Source of the DNA: the human T2T-CHM13v2.0 reference genome, Homo sapiens
Direction: 5' to 3' (one strand)
Length of the DNA: 64,000 nt
Assembly (NCBI RefSeq): GCF_009914755.1
Contig: NC_060927.1
Shown: positions 1-14,167 of the stretch, one piece after another
Position numbering within the stretch: the stretch's first letter is position 1
Layout: each line of letters opens with the position of its first letter
Translations under genes and position numbers: made by a program
Notes under the pieces: generated by a model
What the model was told of the DNA's origin: nothing
Seen by the model: the letters and a program-made list of their open reading frames with translations, nothing else
Databases searched by the model: none

Positions 1-312
<312 letters not shown>

Positions 313-679
313 TTAAGTATAAACCCAATTATAGCCAATGACTTTTCTCATGTTACCTTTGAGATGAATTGCTTGAACATGCATATTATGATGTTTCAAT
401 TTGGGTAAATATTATGAAAATGGGAACCTAGTCCTGATTCTCATTTCTCACTCCTTTGAAATCTTGTGAATAGCCTTTATGGTAATGAAATAACTGTGTG
501 ACAAAAGGGTGGAAATAAAAACAAGGCTGGAAAATTTAAGGTATACAGAAGACTCAAATTGGGATGGCCACCTAGCTCACAACAAACTGAGAATTTGATC
601 TTGCTTCCCAATTTCATCTCAACATGCTGGCTTGATGTAATGTGATCCTCTATTTGTGAGCATGGTGATAAGTCTAAGG

Positions 680-918
680 CAATAGTTCTCAATCAGGGAA
701 CTGGCTGATCCCTGGGTACCTGGGGGACATTTGACAATTTCTAGGGATAGTTTTGGTTGCACAATTTGGGGTAAGAGGGTTGCCACTGGCATCTAGTGGG
801 TAGAGGCCAGGGATGCTGCTAACCCCCCTACAATACACAGGACACAACCACCTACAACACACAATTATCTCACCCAGAATGTCAATTGTGCTCAATAGTG
901 CTGATGTGAGAAACCCTG
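680..918 (+). mobile_element. MER20 (hAT-Charlie non-autonomous DNA transposon)
   Basis: CAATAGTTCTCAA...TGAGAAACCCTG termini; core CTGGCATCTAGTGGGTAGAGGCCAGGGATGCTGCTAA; degenerate 8-bp TSD GTCTAAGG/GCCTAAAG. Confidence 0.93.
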
Positions 919-1744
919 GCCTAAAGACAAATGAAGCAAAGGCAACCACAGTTCTTTCTCAAGACTTTGTTGGGTTTTGTTTTTGTGTTTATGTATGTAA
1001 AAGCTGGAGAACAAAGCTCAGTCTCCCTGTGTGATAAAGCTTGGAAAATGGTGTCTAGAAACTGCCTCACAAAGGTGGCAGCAGATGAGGCTGAAGTCAC
1101 CACACAAAAGAAGCAAAGCTGGAGGAAATACCAGAGTCCTGGTGGCTTTCAATTTAATCTCTGATTGCATTGTCTCCAGTTACAATTTGGCTTCTCCCAG
1201 TTATGGATTGTAACTAGTTATGGATTCTATAACCCAGTTATGAAAGTTATATCCCGACAAATGGATATTGCTGTTTGTCTAAAATGCCAAATTGCCTAAA
1301 TTTACTATTATGGCATCGTGCTCTCCTTTACAACTTCTTCCCAGTGTACCCAGTGTACAGAGAAGTTCAGGTGAGATGCTGCCCTGAAACCTGCAGTATC
1401 TAGAGTGGACTTGTGTGCCCCCTGTGTTTACTCTCACCAAGGGGAGCTCTTATGCTGATTGGCCAGCGAATACAAGCTTTTAAAACATTCTACTGCCTAA
1501 ACCTGTGTAGTGTAAGGCTGCCTCGGAGAAGCAAGGGGAGTCCATTGTCAGGAAGGAACAATTGTCAAGGAAACTATGTGTTTCAGTAATGCTCTGCCAT
1601 GCTGGCTCCAGACCCTCTGAGTCATTAGTTATTTTTAACCCCTAATAATGAAGGCTTTTGGTTCCAGCCCCTGCCCCTTCCGAGGTACAAGATGACCCCA
1701 GAAGGATTAAGTCTGAACCAACCCCCTTCTAGCCCCCCTACCCT

Positions 1745-1759
1745 ACACACACAGACACA

Positions 1760-1800
<41 letters not shown>
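1745..1800. repeat. (CA)n microsatellite with CAGA interruptions
   Basis: Directly visible. Confidence 0.99.
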
Positions 1801-1802
<2 letters not shown>

Positions 1803-4040
1803 TCTTCTCTTCTGACAATGCTAGGGACAGACCACAAGTCCCTCATCCCTCAGTTCTCCTGAAGTATTTATATATCTGTGTTTGTGCTGTGAATGGAGAG
1901 GAGGAGAGGGGAGGAGGTAAGCTGGAGTGGTATTTTCCCTTCTAGCTCTGAGGATTCATCTTAAGGTTTGTCATACAAAGTGAATGGCCTCAGCATCCTC
2001 AGGACTCTGAATACCACGATTCCTGGCTGTTTTGCTAAGGCAAACAAAAGACCTTTTTACACATTCACCCTAGGGCAAGTTTGCCAGTCTAGATAGGCAT
2101 AAATAATAAAGAACATAATGATCTGCTGAAAAGTGAAGGATCTGGCCTCATGCAGAGAGCAGTTTCTTTCCCTGAACAAGTGAAAATCAATTACTTTCTG
2201 ATAGAACTTTCCTTTGATAAGATGCTCTCATCATAGAAGTCCCTATCTCAATACCATTTCACATTGTACGCAGGTAGATAAATCATTAATCAACCTTCTC
2301 AACGGCTCTTTCTTCTAAGTTGGATTTTGTCATTTTTGTGATGCAGAGAGAATATTTTCAATAGCATGTTTAAAGCAGTAATACCACATTGCTAGTCCTG
2401 GAGATTTATGACTAAGGGAAAACAATACTCCAAGGACCTTCACCTACTATCCACCCCTCCTCCCTTTATCCTCCCTCTCTTCCATTATACTTCCTTTTCA
2501 AGTTGATAACCCTAAAGAACCATGTTATACAAGGCCATCTGCTGTTCAGATATTATTTAATTTTTAGATTTCTTCTAAAAGTTAAATGACAATCCTCTTA
2601 TTTCCAGAGTAATTGGATTTAATGTACAATTAGAATAAAAATACCTATTACCCGTCAATGAATAAGAAGTTATAGTTTCTCTTTTCTTCAGCACTTTCTC
2701 TGCCCCAAAATGAAAAAAAAAAAAAGAAGAAAATGGCAAGGAAGATTTAATTTTACCTCAGCCTAGTCATTTTTCTGTGTTGCTTTTCTTTTAATTACTC
2801 TCATTTAATTTTTTTCAATTACCAGGATAGATATTAATTTGACATAGTTAAATTCTCATATCTTTGATAAAATGCACTATGCTTGAAAATTTTTGGTATG
2901 GCAGAACTTTCTGATTCAAGTTCATTAGTAGCAAGAAACTCTTACATGCCATAAGCACCACTTCTTTTAAAAACCGTGTTTGAATCTTGCTCAAGTTATT
3001 AAGCCCTATATTTCCATTCAGCAGATATAAAAAGAGTGCTAACGTGAAAGCATTGTTGAACTAGTTTCCAAGGCAAAGCAAATTTTACAACACACAGAGC
3101 TATTTCCATCTTTGACAAATGGAAATTTGTGTGACAAAGTATTGTTTTATACTTTTCTCAATCCATATCCATAAGAACTCACTACCTGTGGGAGTTAAAA
3201 GTCAAATTATATGACAAATGTGCTTGAGAGCTAGAGGTGCTTAGTGGCCCTGAGTGACACTGTTCTAGAATTGATAATGTCGATAAATAACATCTATATT
3301 AATAGAGGTCCTTGCCTCAGTTTTCTTATGCATAAAATAGAACTTGCTATATATTTTGAAAACAGGAATTAAATATTTAACATAATTCCTTCTTTCGATC
3401 TACATATATATGCATATAAAGCTTTAGGGCTATCTACATACATGTACACAGGTTTGCTTTTCTAATGTCATTGTATAATATTCAATCCTAAATGTATTTT
3501 ATAGCATCCTCATACTCTATCAAAATCCATTTTAACTTCCCTAACCTGGACTATAAATCTCCTTTTCCTATATCCACAAGGCAATCTCAATTTTTAATGT
3601 TCTGCATGGTATTAAGTAAAAGTCAAATGGAAATTACAATATAATATGAAAGTTTAGAAATAAGTGATCAGTCAACCCCGTATCAAACCAGAAGGTCATT
3701 CATGTTTGTCTTATGTAGACTTCTGTGCTGTGCTCACCCTTTTCCCTTTGAAAGCTTCCTTTTTCTCTGCGGGTCTGTATCATTTTGTTGCCTCCTGGCT
3801 TCCTGGGACAAGAGAAGTCTCAAAAGTTTTGACCACTGTCCAATGAAGGACAGTAAAAGACTCTGAGACCTGCCTACTCTACATGTTCTCATTTTCCAGT
3901 ATAAAGAAGAGAGATGAAAGAAATTGTAATAAGTTCGTTCCTAACAACTCATTTCAGTGGTTGTTGTTTTTTTTTTGCTTATTTTTACTTAATCATTATT
4001 TAATTTACAAGGGAAGATTTCAACTCCGTTTACGTGCTGC

Positions 4041-4396
4041 TATATTAGTCCGTTTTCATGCTGTTGATAAAGACAAACCTGAAACTGGGTAATTTATAAA
4101 GAAAAAGAGGTTTAATGTACTCACTCTTCCACATAGCTGGGTAAGCCTCACAATCACGGTGGAAGAGCAAGGGACGTCTTACATGGTGGCAGGAAAGAGA
4201 GAACATCTGCAGTGAAACTCCCTCTTATAAAACCATCAGATCTCGTGAGGCTTATTCACTGTCATAAGAAAAGCACGGGAAAGACCCACCCTCATGATTC
4301 AATTACTTCCCACTGGGTCCCTCCCGCAACATGTGGGGATTGTGGGAGCTACAATTCAAGATGAGATTTGGGTGGGGACACAGCCAAACCATACCA
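4041..4396 (-). mobile_element. THE1A/B solo LTR (ERVL-MaLR)
   Basis: Minus strand reads TGGTATGGTTTGGCTGTGTCCCCACCCAAATCTCATCTTGAATTGTAGCTCCC...CATGAAAACGGACTAATATA; ~356 bp. Confidence 0.95.
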
Positions 4397-5699
4397 CATG
4401 CATTTATTTTATGAAAACAGTGTTCTATAAAAATTTTTTAAACACTCAAGAATTTTATTTTAATTATCTTCATGGTACATTTTAAGTGGCAAAAATTCAT
4501 AGAGGTAGAAGTGGAAGAGATGATGTATCTATTTACCTTGGCACTATTATGTATATTTTATGTATATATATTCTAACCACAATGTATATGTCTTAAATTT
4601 CAATTACTATAAAGTCAAAAATATGCAATTCTCACCATGTATTGTTAATCAAAAGATAATCCACAATAAGCCTAAACTGATAAGGAGAAAGCTAAGCTCA
4701 CTATAACCTAACACATTCACAGACACACACAAACACATTTTGTAAAAAATTAAAGACCCTAGCCAGCTAAAGGTCAAGATGACTAATAAAACAAACTGTG
4801 CTTCCAGAAAATGGTAGTTCCGAAGATCGATAAGTATTTGTAGCAGGAGCTTTGTAAAGTAGTTTGGTAATCCTATTTCGAAGACTGGTAATTATCCTCC
4901 TCAATTCAACATATCTCCCTTAATTGTCCTTAACAGTAAGTATGTTGCCCTTAGGATACAAACAAATGAAATTCTATGGAGTTACTCTTTACTGGCCTAC
5001 ATGAATCAAATAAAGACTTCGATTTTTGGAGTTGAGGACAGTATTTTGAAAGCCGCAGATCTTAAGTCTTCACATTGGTCCATTCTGCTTCTGCCAATCT
5101 TCCTAAACTTAGTTTGCTTTATGGAAATGTTCTGGCTCCTTCCCCAAATCAAACTTACCAATTCTATGACTTATTTTTTTAATACCCTACTCTTTTATAG
5201 AAAAAAATAAATTCTTCTGAGAATACTAACTAACACTACTGGTATATCACATTACCCTTCCCAAGAGATAAACGTATGAGACACAAGTAACATTTATGAC
5301 GACATTATTTTTTGGAGAAGACTTCAGTGTTATAATCAAAAGTATACATAGAATGGTAGGATTTTTACAAATAATAATAGGATAGTAAAAAGATATTTTG
5401 TGTGAAACGATCTATTTTTCCTCCTTAAATTATTTTATATAGACTGCAAATTATTTTATACTTATTTTTTGACTTGGCCACAGCATCCGTACAATAATAG
5501 ATAATAGATGTCTGATGTTTTTGTAAAAATAACTTAATACAGATATACTTTTTGGAGAAGGATGCTTGCACCTAACTTATTTAGCAATTATTTCTTAGGT
5601 TTCAATTTAATATTAGTATCTTCCCTCTTGATCAAAAGCAACTAAATTTAAAGTGGAAATACCTTCATTTTATTCTAGGAAGAACATATGGACCAAAAT

Positions 5700-5890
5700 T
5701 TTTTGAGATTTAATCTCAGCTCTTTTACTTGCTGACTTCATGACAAGATTCTTGACCTTAACCTTTCCAATGTTCTGTTTCAATAGGAAAAATCCATATA
5801 ACTTTTAGGGTTGCTGTAAAAATTAGAATGAGTTCTTTTATGTGAATACATTTAAAAATCATGAAGATCATGAAAGTTATTATTTTTATT
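5700..5890 (+). mobile_element. MIR SINE fragment
   Basis: AATCTCAGCTCTTTTACTTGCTG...TAGGGTTGCTGTAAAAATTAGAATGAG resembles MIR core and 3' part. Confidence 0.65.
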
Positions 5891-6019
5891 ATTATAACCA
5901 AGGTTTTAATATTATGCCTATTGTATCATTAATCAGTTTTCTTGTTGTTGTTTCTGTGATATTTTTTATTTAGAAAAAAATTGACCTTCCCTAGCTAAAT
6001 TCCTTTTTTTCCTGTAACT

Positions 6020-7245
6020 TTTTAAAATTAAACTTTTAATTCTGGGATAATCATAGAATTATATATCCTGTTCAGTGAAATGTCTGTTTATTGATTTTGG
6101 CTTTTTCTAATTGGATTGCTTTTACTGCTGAATTTTGAAAGTTCTTGTGTTTCACATACCAGTTTGTTTTTTTTTTTTTCAGTCTGGTGCTTCTCTTTTC
6201 ATCCTTTTAAAGTGTCTTTCGTAGAGAAAATGTTTTAAATTTTGATGAGGTTCAATGTACCAATCTTTTTTTACAGTTTATGTTTGGGTATTAAATCTAA
6301 GATGACTCTGCCTAGCTATAGATCCCAGTAATTTTCATCTATTTTTTTTCTAGTGTTTTATACTTTTCAATTTTACATTTAGGCCCATGGCTAATTTTGA
6401 TTTCATTTTTGGTAAAAGGTGTGATTTTTAGGTTGAGATTCATTTCCTTGCCTATGGATGTCCAATTTCTCCAGTATAATTTGTTGAGAAGTCTATCCTT
6501 ACTTCATTGGATTCTTTTGCACCTTTGGTGTAAGTCAGTTTGGCATATTTTTGTCTGTCTTTTTCAGTGTTCTCTATTCTTTTTATGTATCTATGTGTCT
6601 ATCCTTCTGTTAGTACCACACAGTCTGGCAATAAGCCTTATGTATTAGGTAGATTAATTTCTCCCACTTTATTCTTCTTTTTAAAGATGATTTTAGCTAA
6701 TCTAGACCCTGTGCCTTTTCCATGTAAATTTTACAAAGAATTTGTCTAAATGTATACAAAACTGCTGAGATTGTTACAGGAATTCTATTAAATGTATAAA
6801 TCTATTTGGGAATAATAGACATCTTTATTATGTTGAGCTGTCCAATCCATGAACATAGTATGTCTCTTTGATTTGTTACCATAAAAAATTTTTTTTTACT
6901 TTCCTTGGAGTAATTATAAATGACACTGTATTTTAATTTTAGCTTCCTCATAGTAATTGTAGAACAGAGAAATGTGTGTTGACTTTTTATTCTGCAACTT
7001 TGTGGAACTCACTTGTTAGTTCTAGGAGCATTTTTTATAGTTCCTTTGGAATTTTCAATGTAGACAAACATGGCATCTGTAAATAAAGACAATTTTATTT
7101 CTTCTGTTCTAATCTGTGTATTTTTTATTCCTTTTTCTTGCTTTATTGCCATGATTAGATGTTCCAGTACTAAGTTGAGAGAGAGGTGAAAATGAACAGC
7201 CTTATCTTATTCACAATTTCAGAAGAAAACATTCAGTCTTTCTGT
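6020..7245 (-). mobile_element. Old L1 (L1M-type) ORF2 3' / 3'UTR fragment
   Basis: T-rich antisense L1 text, e.g. GGATGTCCAATTTCTCCAGTATAATTTGTTGAGAAG, CCAATCCATGAACATAGTATGTCT, GCATCTGTAAATAAAGACAATTTTATTTCTTC. Confidence 0.9.
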
Positions 7246-8729
7246 TAATCTATACTTAGATATCCATGGAGAATAAATATAAGAGTTTCTGTGTTATTTT
7301 CATTTCTGAATTAAGTATCTAAAAGCAAGACTGAGCCCCAAAACAGACAAGTGCATAAAGTCATGGAAAATGTAGAAAACAAAAACTGCATAACACAAAG
7401 CCCTAGCCAGGAGTTAGGGAGGGTATCAAGGAGAGAAGGTATCAAGACAGGTAAATTATAAATATTTACTGGTTTGCTTAAAGGAGAGAATGAAAATGAA
7501 TCTAAATGTATTAATGATATTCTGAGTTTAAATTTGAGGCTAGCAGGCAAATTATGATGCTCTTAAATGTGGTAGTTAAATGTTAAATAGAAAACTGTTT
7601 TATATGTATGTAATTCTGGAATTCTGTATATATGTATAATTTATTTCAACCCTCTATAATTTTAAAAATTTGCTATTTTTAACTTAAAACACCCTATCTA
7701 TATGTATATATACAGCATTCTACAGTTACAAACATTTGTATTTACACATGCCCCATTTTATAGAACAGTGAGGATTAAAAAATATTTTCTATATCTCTTA
7801 TGTGAAACTCCACAAAAAGATATTCAAATATAGTCCTGCCAAATTTTACATAAAAGATGTGGTGAAATGAGTATGAGAATGCTTCAGTAAAGATACATCA
7901 AATCAAAATTTACTAATAAAAATAACACATATTCTCAGACACACTATAGAGGGAAACACATTAGATATCCTTGAAGTTTACAGCTGATTAGATCTGAAAA
8001 TTTGATCTTGATGGAGATTGGTGAAATGATTTACTCTGGCTCATTTGCAAATGTATGTAATTTTCAGAAATGTAAGTTATCCTTTTTGCTTTAAAGAAAT
8101 GTATTTTTAGTGTAGTCAGAATATCCCGATGCATAAAGTAAAAAATTATGCATATGCGAAATGAGACAGTCTCGGTCTCCTAGTTTTCCATTTGAATTAG
8201 ACAAATAGGGATCTAGTAGGTAACATGTCTCCTGAAAATATGGTTACATTTTATAAGAGTGATTAAGTGGTCCAGTGCTCAAAGAATGAGATAACATTTT
8301 GAAATCAGCTAAGAATTCAAAGAACCCAGAAAACGTTGATGAGTGCTTTTCGAAAAACCTTATGAATAGGTTAGTTTCAATTTTCTGATTTCTACACGGA
8401 AAAAAAGAGACTGCTACTGCCATCTGTTGGTCAAATAAAACATCGTCAGCTCTGGTCAACTGATTGCCTTGCTGTTAGGCAAAACCTTTGAAAGCGTGCA
8501 AAGGAGTTGTAGTAACCCCAGTTTAGCTATCTCTGGATAAACCAGATTCTGTTAGAATATCAACTAAATATCAAACAAAAGGCTACTGTTAAAATAAACT
8601 TTCTGCCCAGTGCATTGTTCTTTCCTAGTGTTTTCTGTTTAAGAAAGGGAGGATGTTCACATCTTGACACGAAGGGATCTGCAAAAACAATGTAGCTCAG
8701 AACTGAAGTATCTGTGGGTCATTATGTTT

Positions 8730-8892
8730 TCATGTGTGTGTATTTGTATGCATATGCTGTGTGGGGTGTGTGTGTGTGGATGCAGGCGTGGGTGCGAGAG
8801 AGCAAGAGAGACAGACAAAGGGACAGGGAGGCACACAGGGACCGAGACAGGGAGGCAGAGAAAGAGATAAGTGGAAGAAAGGGATGGAGGAT
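8730..8892. repeat. Degenerate (TG)n followed by GA-rich low-complexity tract
   Basis: Directly visible; source of several spurious ORFs. Confidence 0.9.
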
Positions 8893-9014
8893 AAGAACAT
8901 ATGTAGTAGATATTCTACCTATAAGGCACAAGCAGTTTGAAAACACCCTTTCCATCATTCTAATGAGAGCATTATCTTCAGAAAATGACCATTAGCCAGG
9001 AGGCCAGAATTGTT

Positions 9015-9265
9015 CCTTGTTACTCAAGGTGTAGACCCCAACAAACTGTATCAGCAGCACCTGGCTGCTTGTTAAGAATGCAGAACATCAGAGTCAATTC
9101 TAAAGTCAGAATCTAATTTAGAAATAGGTTTTTTTTTCAGATTCTTAATCTGCATTTTTAAGCAGAACATCATAGTCAACCCCAAAGTCGGAATCTAATT
9201 TAGAAATTGATTTTTCAGATTCCTAATCTGCATTTTTAAAAGATCTTCAGATGCACTTAATATAA

Positions 9266-9316
<51 letters not shown>

Positions 9317-9335
9317 CTTATGCTTAAGAAGATGT
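9015..9335 (+). mobile_element. MER5A-like hAT fossil with internal duplication and inserted (TA)n
   Basis: GTTACTCAAGGTGTAG...ATCAGCAGCACCTGGCTGCTTGTTAAGAATGCAGA...AATCTGCATTTTTAA resembles MER5A. Confidence 0.6.
9273..9312. repeat. (TA)n microsatellite
   Basis: Directly visible. Confidence 0.99.
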
Positions 9336-9388
9336 TCTAGTTTGATTTCATTAATGCATTGAAACAGATTGTTTGGCATAATTGTCTA

Positions 9389-9565
9389 TTACATTCATTG
9401 ATTCAAAAATGCACATTTTAAATTTATATGTAACATTTTTGAAAGTGTGATGTGTACTATAATCTATAGTGTCAGATAATTTATTTAGTAATAGTGGTTT
9501 TTATTTTACTTTAGTGGCATATAGCATAATGATGTGTCTTCAATTAAAGAAATGTTGAAATATAG
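9389..9565 (+). mobile_element. MER104-like (TcMar-Tc2) fossil
   Basis: TTCATTGATTCAAAAATGCACATTTT...ATAATGATGTGTCTT...TTGAAATATAG; TA flanks. Confidence 0.55.
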
Positions 9566-9621
9566 TAAGCATCATTTTGTTAAACAGAGAAGTAATCCCG
9601 TGAGATGAAACATAGAACAGA

Positions 9622-9800
9622 TAATAAAGAATAGCTAATATTTGCTGATTACTTATTATATTCTAGATGCTATGATAAGTGCATGCATTGTTATATTGAA
9701 TCATGAGAGGCATTCTAATAAGCCACATTTTATAGACAGAAACTAGGGCCAGTTAAATAAACTTTCCATGTCACTGTATGAATTGTAAATATTAGATTCA
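9622..9800 (-). mobile_element. MIR fragment
   Basis: AATAGCTAATATTTGCTGA...CCACATTTTATAGACAGAAACTAGGGCCAG is antisense MIR. Confidence 0.75.
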
Positions 9801-10149
9801 TATTTTTCATCATAAACTATTATTTTGGAAAGATGCTTAGTGAGTGCTTACCTTATCTTGCTGTGTTATTAAGGGCCAGCCTCCTAAGATATTAGAAAAC
9901 ACATGTGTCTTGAAAGTGTGGGGAAAAGCCATAGGAATTCTCTAGGAATATCTGTATTTGATAAAAAATTTTTTACACATCTATTCTTTTGTTAATGTTA
10001 CACAAAGAAATGAGTGCTTTCTAAAGTAATACCATCCAGATTTTACCTCCTATCTTTCAGGCAAGTGCCATGGTATACAACTTTCATAAACTACATTGCT
10101 CAATGACAGCATCAATACCTCCAATTTGGGCATCCTCCAGGGAAATGGT

Positions 10150-10495
<346 letters not shown>

Positions 10496-12274
10496 TAGTA
10501 GGAGAGGTGAAGAAGCATTTATTAATAAAGTTGCTGCAAAGATAACAAAGCTGACAAAAAAGGTGCCTGATTTGCATGAGACAGTCTGATTTATGGTTTT
10601 TCTTCCAGGTTGTTAATGAGGGCCCCTTGCACTATCAACATTGTCCTGGCTTGAACAATAAAACATAGTTCATCTCCATGTAGTAAGCTAACCAGGATAA
10701 TTCATAAACAATCAGAATTGGGCTTCATTCTTAGTGAGTTAGGGTATTTAGAAGTAGTGGGTTCCATTCAAGTTACTTTGTGTGCACCTCAAATAACTGG
10801 CTGCTGGATACTTAAATCAGAAGGATAAATAGAGAAGTATTTGCATGGCTTGGTCCAAATCATGTATACAAATGTGATTTCTAAGGAATAACAGCACCCT
10901 AAAGCTAGATCATCAGGGCAAGGACTTGCTTTGCTGACACCAGTTTAGAAATAAGCATATTTATTACACTATATAAATATTACTAATAAGAATGTTGATA
11001 ATAACTCCCCATTAAAGGTTGCACTCACTGCGTGAAAGCCTACGCCTGCTGATACATTGCCCACAGGTTAAGTCAAGTTGATATAAATACTGTAGTGTGC
11101 CAACAGAGAAGAATAACACAAACACAAGTTCCAAACAATTATGGAAAAAAGCCATGTCGTATTGCACTAAGTATTTTAAAGGCTTTTTTACTGTAATAAA
11201 AACATACCATAGACATATATTGTTTTACAATATATATATTTTTTCACAATTGTAAAACTTATGTCATTCATCATTTTAATTGGTATGAGAGCATGACTGA
11301 GATCTGAGTAGAACAAATTGTCTCAGGTATGCTTAGAAGATCGGTTCAGCTTAAATTAAAAGGTGTTTTCATGCTGGGCAGATGCAGAGATCTCTTTGTT
11401 TTGATCAATTTATCTCTGCAACTCTAGAAACACCTCACATATTGTCATAATATTTCTCACTGTTATTTGAATGCATAGTGAAATAATATAGTTATCAAGT
11501 GACACTTTCAATGTGTTCATTTGTGAAATAATACTTTCAAAACACAAAAATAGTGTAATACCAACACAATATAAGTGACCAAAAAACAGAAGGATGAATA
11601 GGAATGGCAAACCAAAAGGAACTTCTTTATCTCCAAAAGGAAGTCTAAATTTTCTGATATTTTTCTTGTGGAATTTTAATTCTAAAATTGCAATAAAGAA
11701 TCTTAGATTTAATGCCTCTAAATTTATTTTGGCAAAGTTTTTGCGTAGTCAAACTTCTATCAATATGAATAATTTAAAAGGCTTTATCTTCTCTCCTCAG
11801 TAGCATAAATTTTGCTATACTTCTTAAAAAGTTCTCTCTCACACATTGATAACATAACCATCATCTTCATATCTACTTTTTGGGGGGTTGAAAAATAAAA
11901 AAGGAACCTTAGACCAGTAGGAAATACAAGGGAAAAATCTAAATGATTTTCTGAAAGTTTTAGACTGTATAGTATAAAAACTGGGTTACTCCATCCCTAA
12001 GATGAATTCTTAGTCATGACTTTCATAGTTAATTTCTTACTCTTTCTACTTTTAACATGTAACTTCTTTTCTTTTTTTGATTGTATTAATTAATAGGACT
12101 ATTCGCCTGTTGATTTGTCCGTATTCCTATTGAATTTCTACAAACAGCTTTGTATTTCATGTGGTATTAATATATTTTTCCTGTTTGTATAAACACAGAA
12201 ATTAGGAATAGTGAGAAAATTTCACACAGCCACACATAAAGCAAATAATTACAGCATACTTCACTCTGATATCA

Positions 12275-12480
12275 TAATAACAGCTACTGTTTATTTGGGC
12301 CTATCATGTACCATACACTTTATAAATTATCTCAACAAAGCTGCAAATTATTATCATCATTGTACAAATTAAAAAATTAGGATTCAGAGAATTGGAATGA
12401 TATGCTGAAAGCCACAGTGTGATGTTTGTATTTGAACTCTTATCTGTGTGGTGCAAAACTTGAACTTTTCTCACTATACT
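12275..12480 (-). mobile_element. MIR
   Basis: AATAACAGCTACTGTTTATT...GGATTCAGAGA...TATTTGAACTCTTATCTGTGTG...TCACTATACT. Confidence 0.75.
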
Positions 12481-14167
12481 ATTTTGTGGTAATTATCTAA
12501 TCTATAACATTATCTATCTATCTAATCTAATGCCAACATTCTCTGTGCTGTTTCAGGCCCTAGGAAAGATAACGTGCTTAGACTAGTCACCACCAAAGAA
12601 AAAAAAAGCGGTATTTCTTTAAGGCAGAAGAGATCTAAACATGAGGACTAAATTAGGAAGATGGATTAGGGGGATAACAGTGGAGATACTATACATACTC
12701 CAATTACTTACAAACTATGTAGGGAAATGTAATTTTGCTTTAGAGATGTTACATATATTCTTTGAACTTTAATGAAAAAATCATTTATTCCTTTAGCGCA
12801 AAATAACCCTCCTAAATACTAATTGATATATTTATTGTTAATCTGTTAGGAAACCATACTTAATTGACGCCTATGCTCACCCCCCAGTTTATTCCATTTT
12901 ATTCTTAGTTTTTCTTTTGAAAAGATACTCTTTACAGTAACTTAAACAATACCAACACAAACATTTTAAAGTCTTTCTACATGGAGATATTTGTTTCTTT
13001 ACTGCTCCTTTTTCTATTTACGCGTCTTCTCCAAACATTTTTAAAAATCTATTGATTTTTTATAGTATAGAAATGAAAATGAGAGTTCAAGTAATTATCT
13101 TCAATATACAAATTTCTTCTACAAAGAAGTGTGGGGGAAAGAATAGAAACTGGTTTTCCATGAGTTAACTCAGTTGACTTCTTGTATCAATTAAGAGCAT
13201 CGTATAATTGCTCATCTTTCATACTCTTGCCCTGTAGCTATAATGAAAAGAGAGAAAAAAGTAATTACTCATGCTTTGCCTTATTCTGAATTGGGCAAAA
13301 TTCAATAGTTTTTCAATTCTACATATGGTAGAAATTCTGTTTATTTTAGTCCTGAGACCCTGAGATATTTTTCTAGCACATGGTGGACAGAGACCCCTAT
13401 TTCTGCATTTAGATCATATGTTTATTTATGTCTTAGTAATTTTAAAAATACCAGAACAAATGGCAAGCCAATCCATAATGTCTTCTGCATAACTGTGTGG
13501 GAGTCAAACCACAAATATTATCTGTATTTATTTTAGGCTCTCCCACCCTTTGGCTGTCTTCGTAGGACTGTTTACCAGGACGACACTCCTGGGCAGCAGT
13601 GGCGCCACATCCATTTGGCATAGCTGTCTACATGGGATCTTTCCTTCTGTTGTCTTTCTTTGGCACTAACTAGTGAATGAAGTCATGCAAAAATGTCTGT
13701 CTAGTCATTGAGATGCCTAGGTCTGTGACGATGGAGACTGTTAATCTGGTAGTATTTCCTACTGGTTTTGAATTATCTTCTCTATATACAGGCTAGTGGT
13801 TGGCCTGAAAAATGTGTATCAAGCTTCACATACCTAGGAGTGATGTGTACAGGATAGGAGCACAGTACATGAAGTAATGACCCATAGTGGAGATAGGTCA
13901 CCCTCTCCAGCTGGTTGGCAAACTCTCATTGAGCTTTCCAAATAGCCCTTAATTTGAGTTTTATCTAGACATACTTTCTTGGAATTATGGACTATACACA
14001 ATGGTTTCGTATACACTCCTGTTACTTTTCAGATATTGATAACCTACTTGTATCACAGCACAACTCTTCAATTTGTCTACAGACTGGAGAACGAGAAAAA
14101 GATTTAGATGTTTTCAAGGGAGTAGCTGCCAGTTAATCATAAATACTTATTATAAGCACTCACTATG

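Noticed and set aside
1410-1470. CCAAT box (CTGATTGGCC) and partial CTCF-like TGCCCCCTGTG as a promoter
   Set aside because: Isolated motifs with no CpG island or other promoter context.
8664-8995. Stack of overlapping ORFs (similar stacks at 1625-1846 and 15501-15808)
   Set aside because: Produced by (TG)n and GA-rich simple repeats lacking stop codons.
13537-13750. GC-richer patch with CTCF-like GCAGCAGTGGCGCC
   Set aside because: Motif is one base short of the CTCF spacing; no convincing exon boundaries or peptide.
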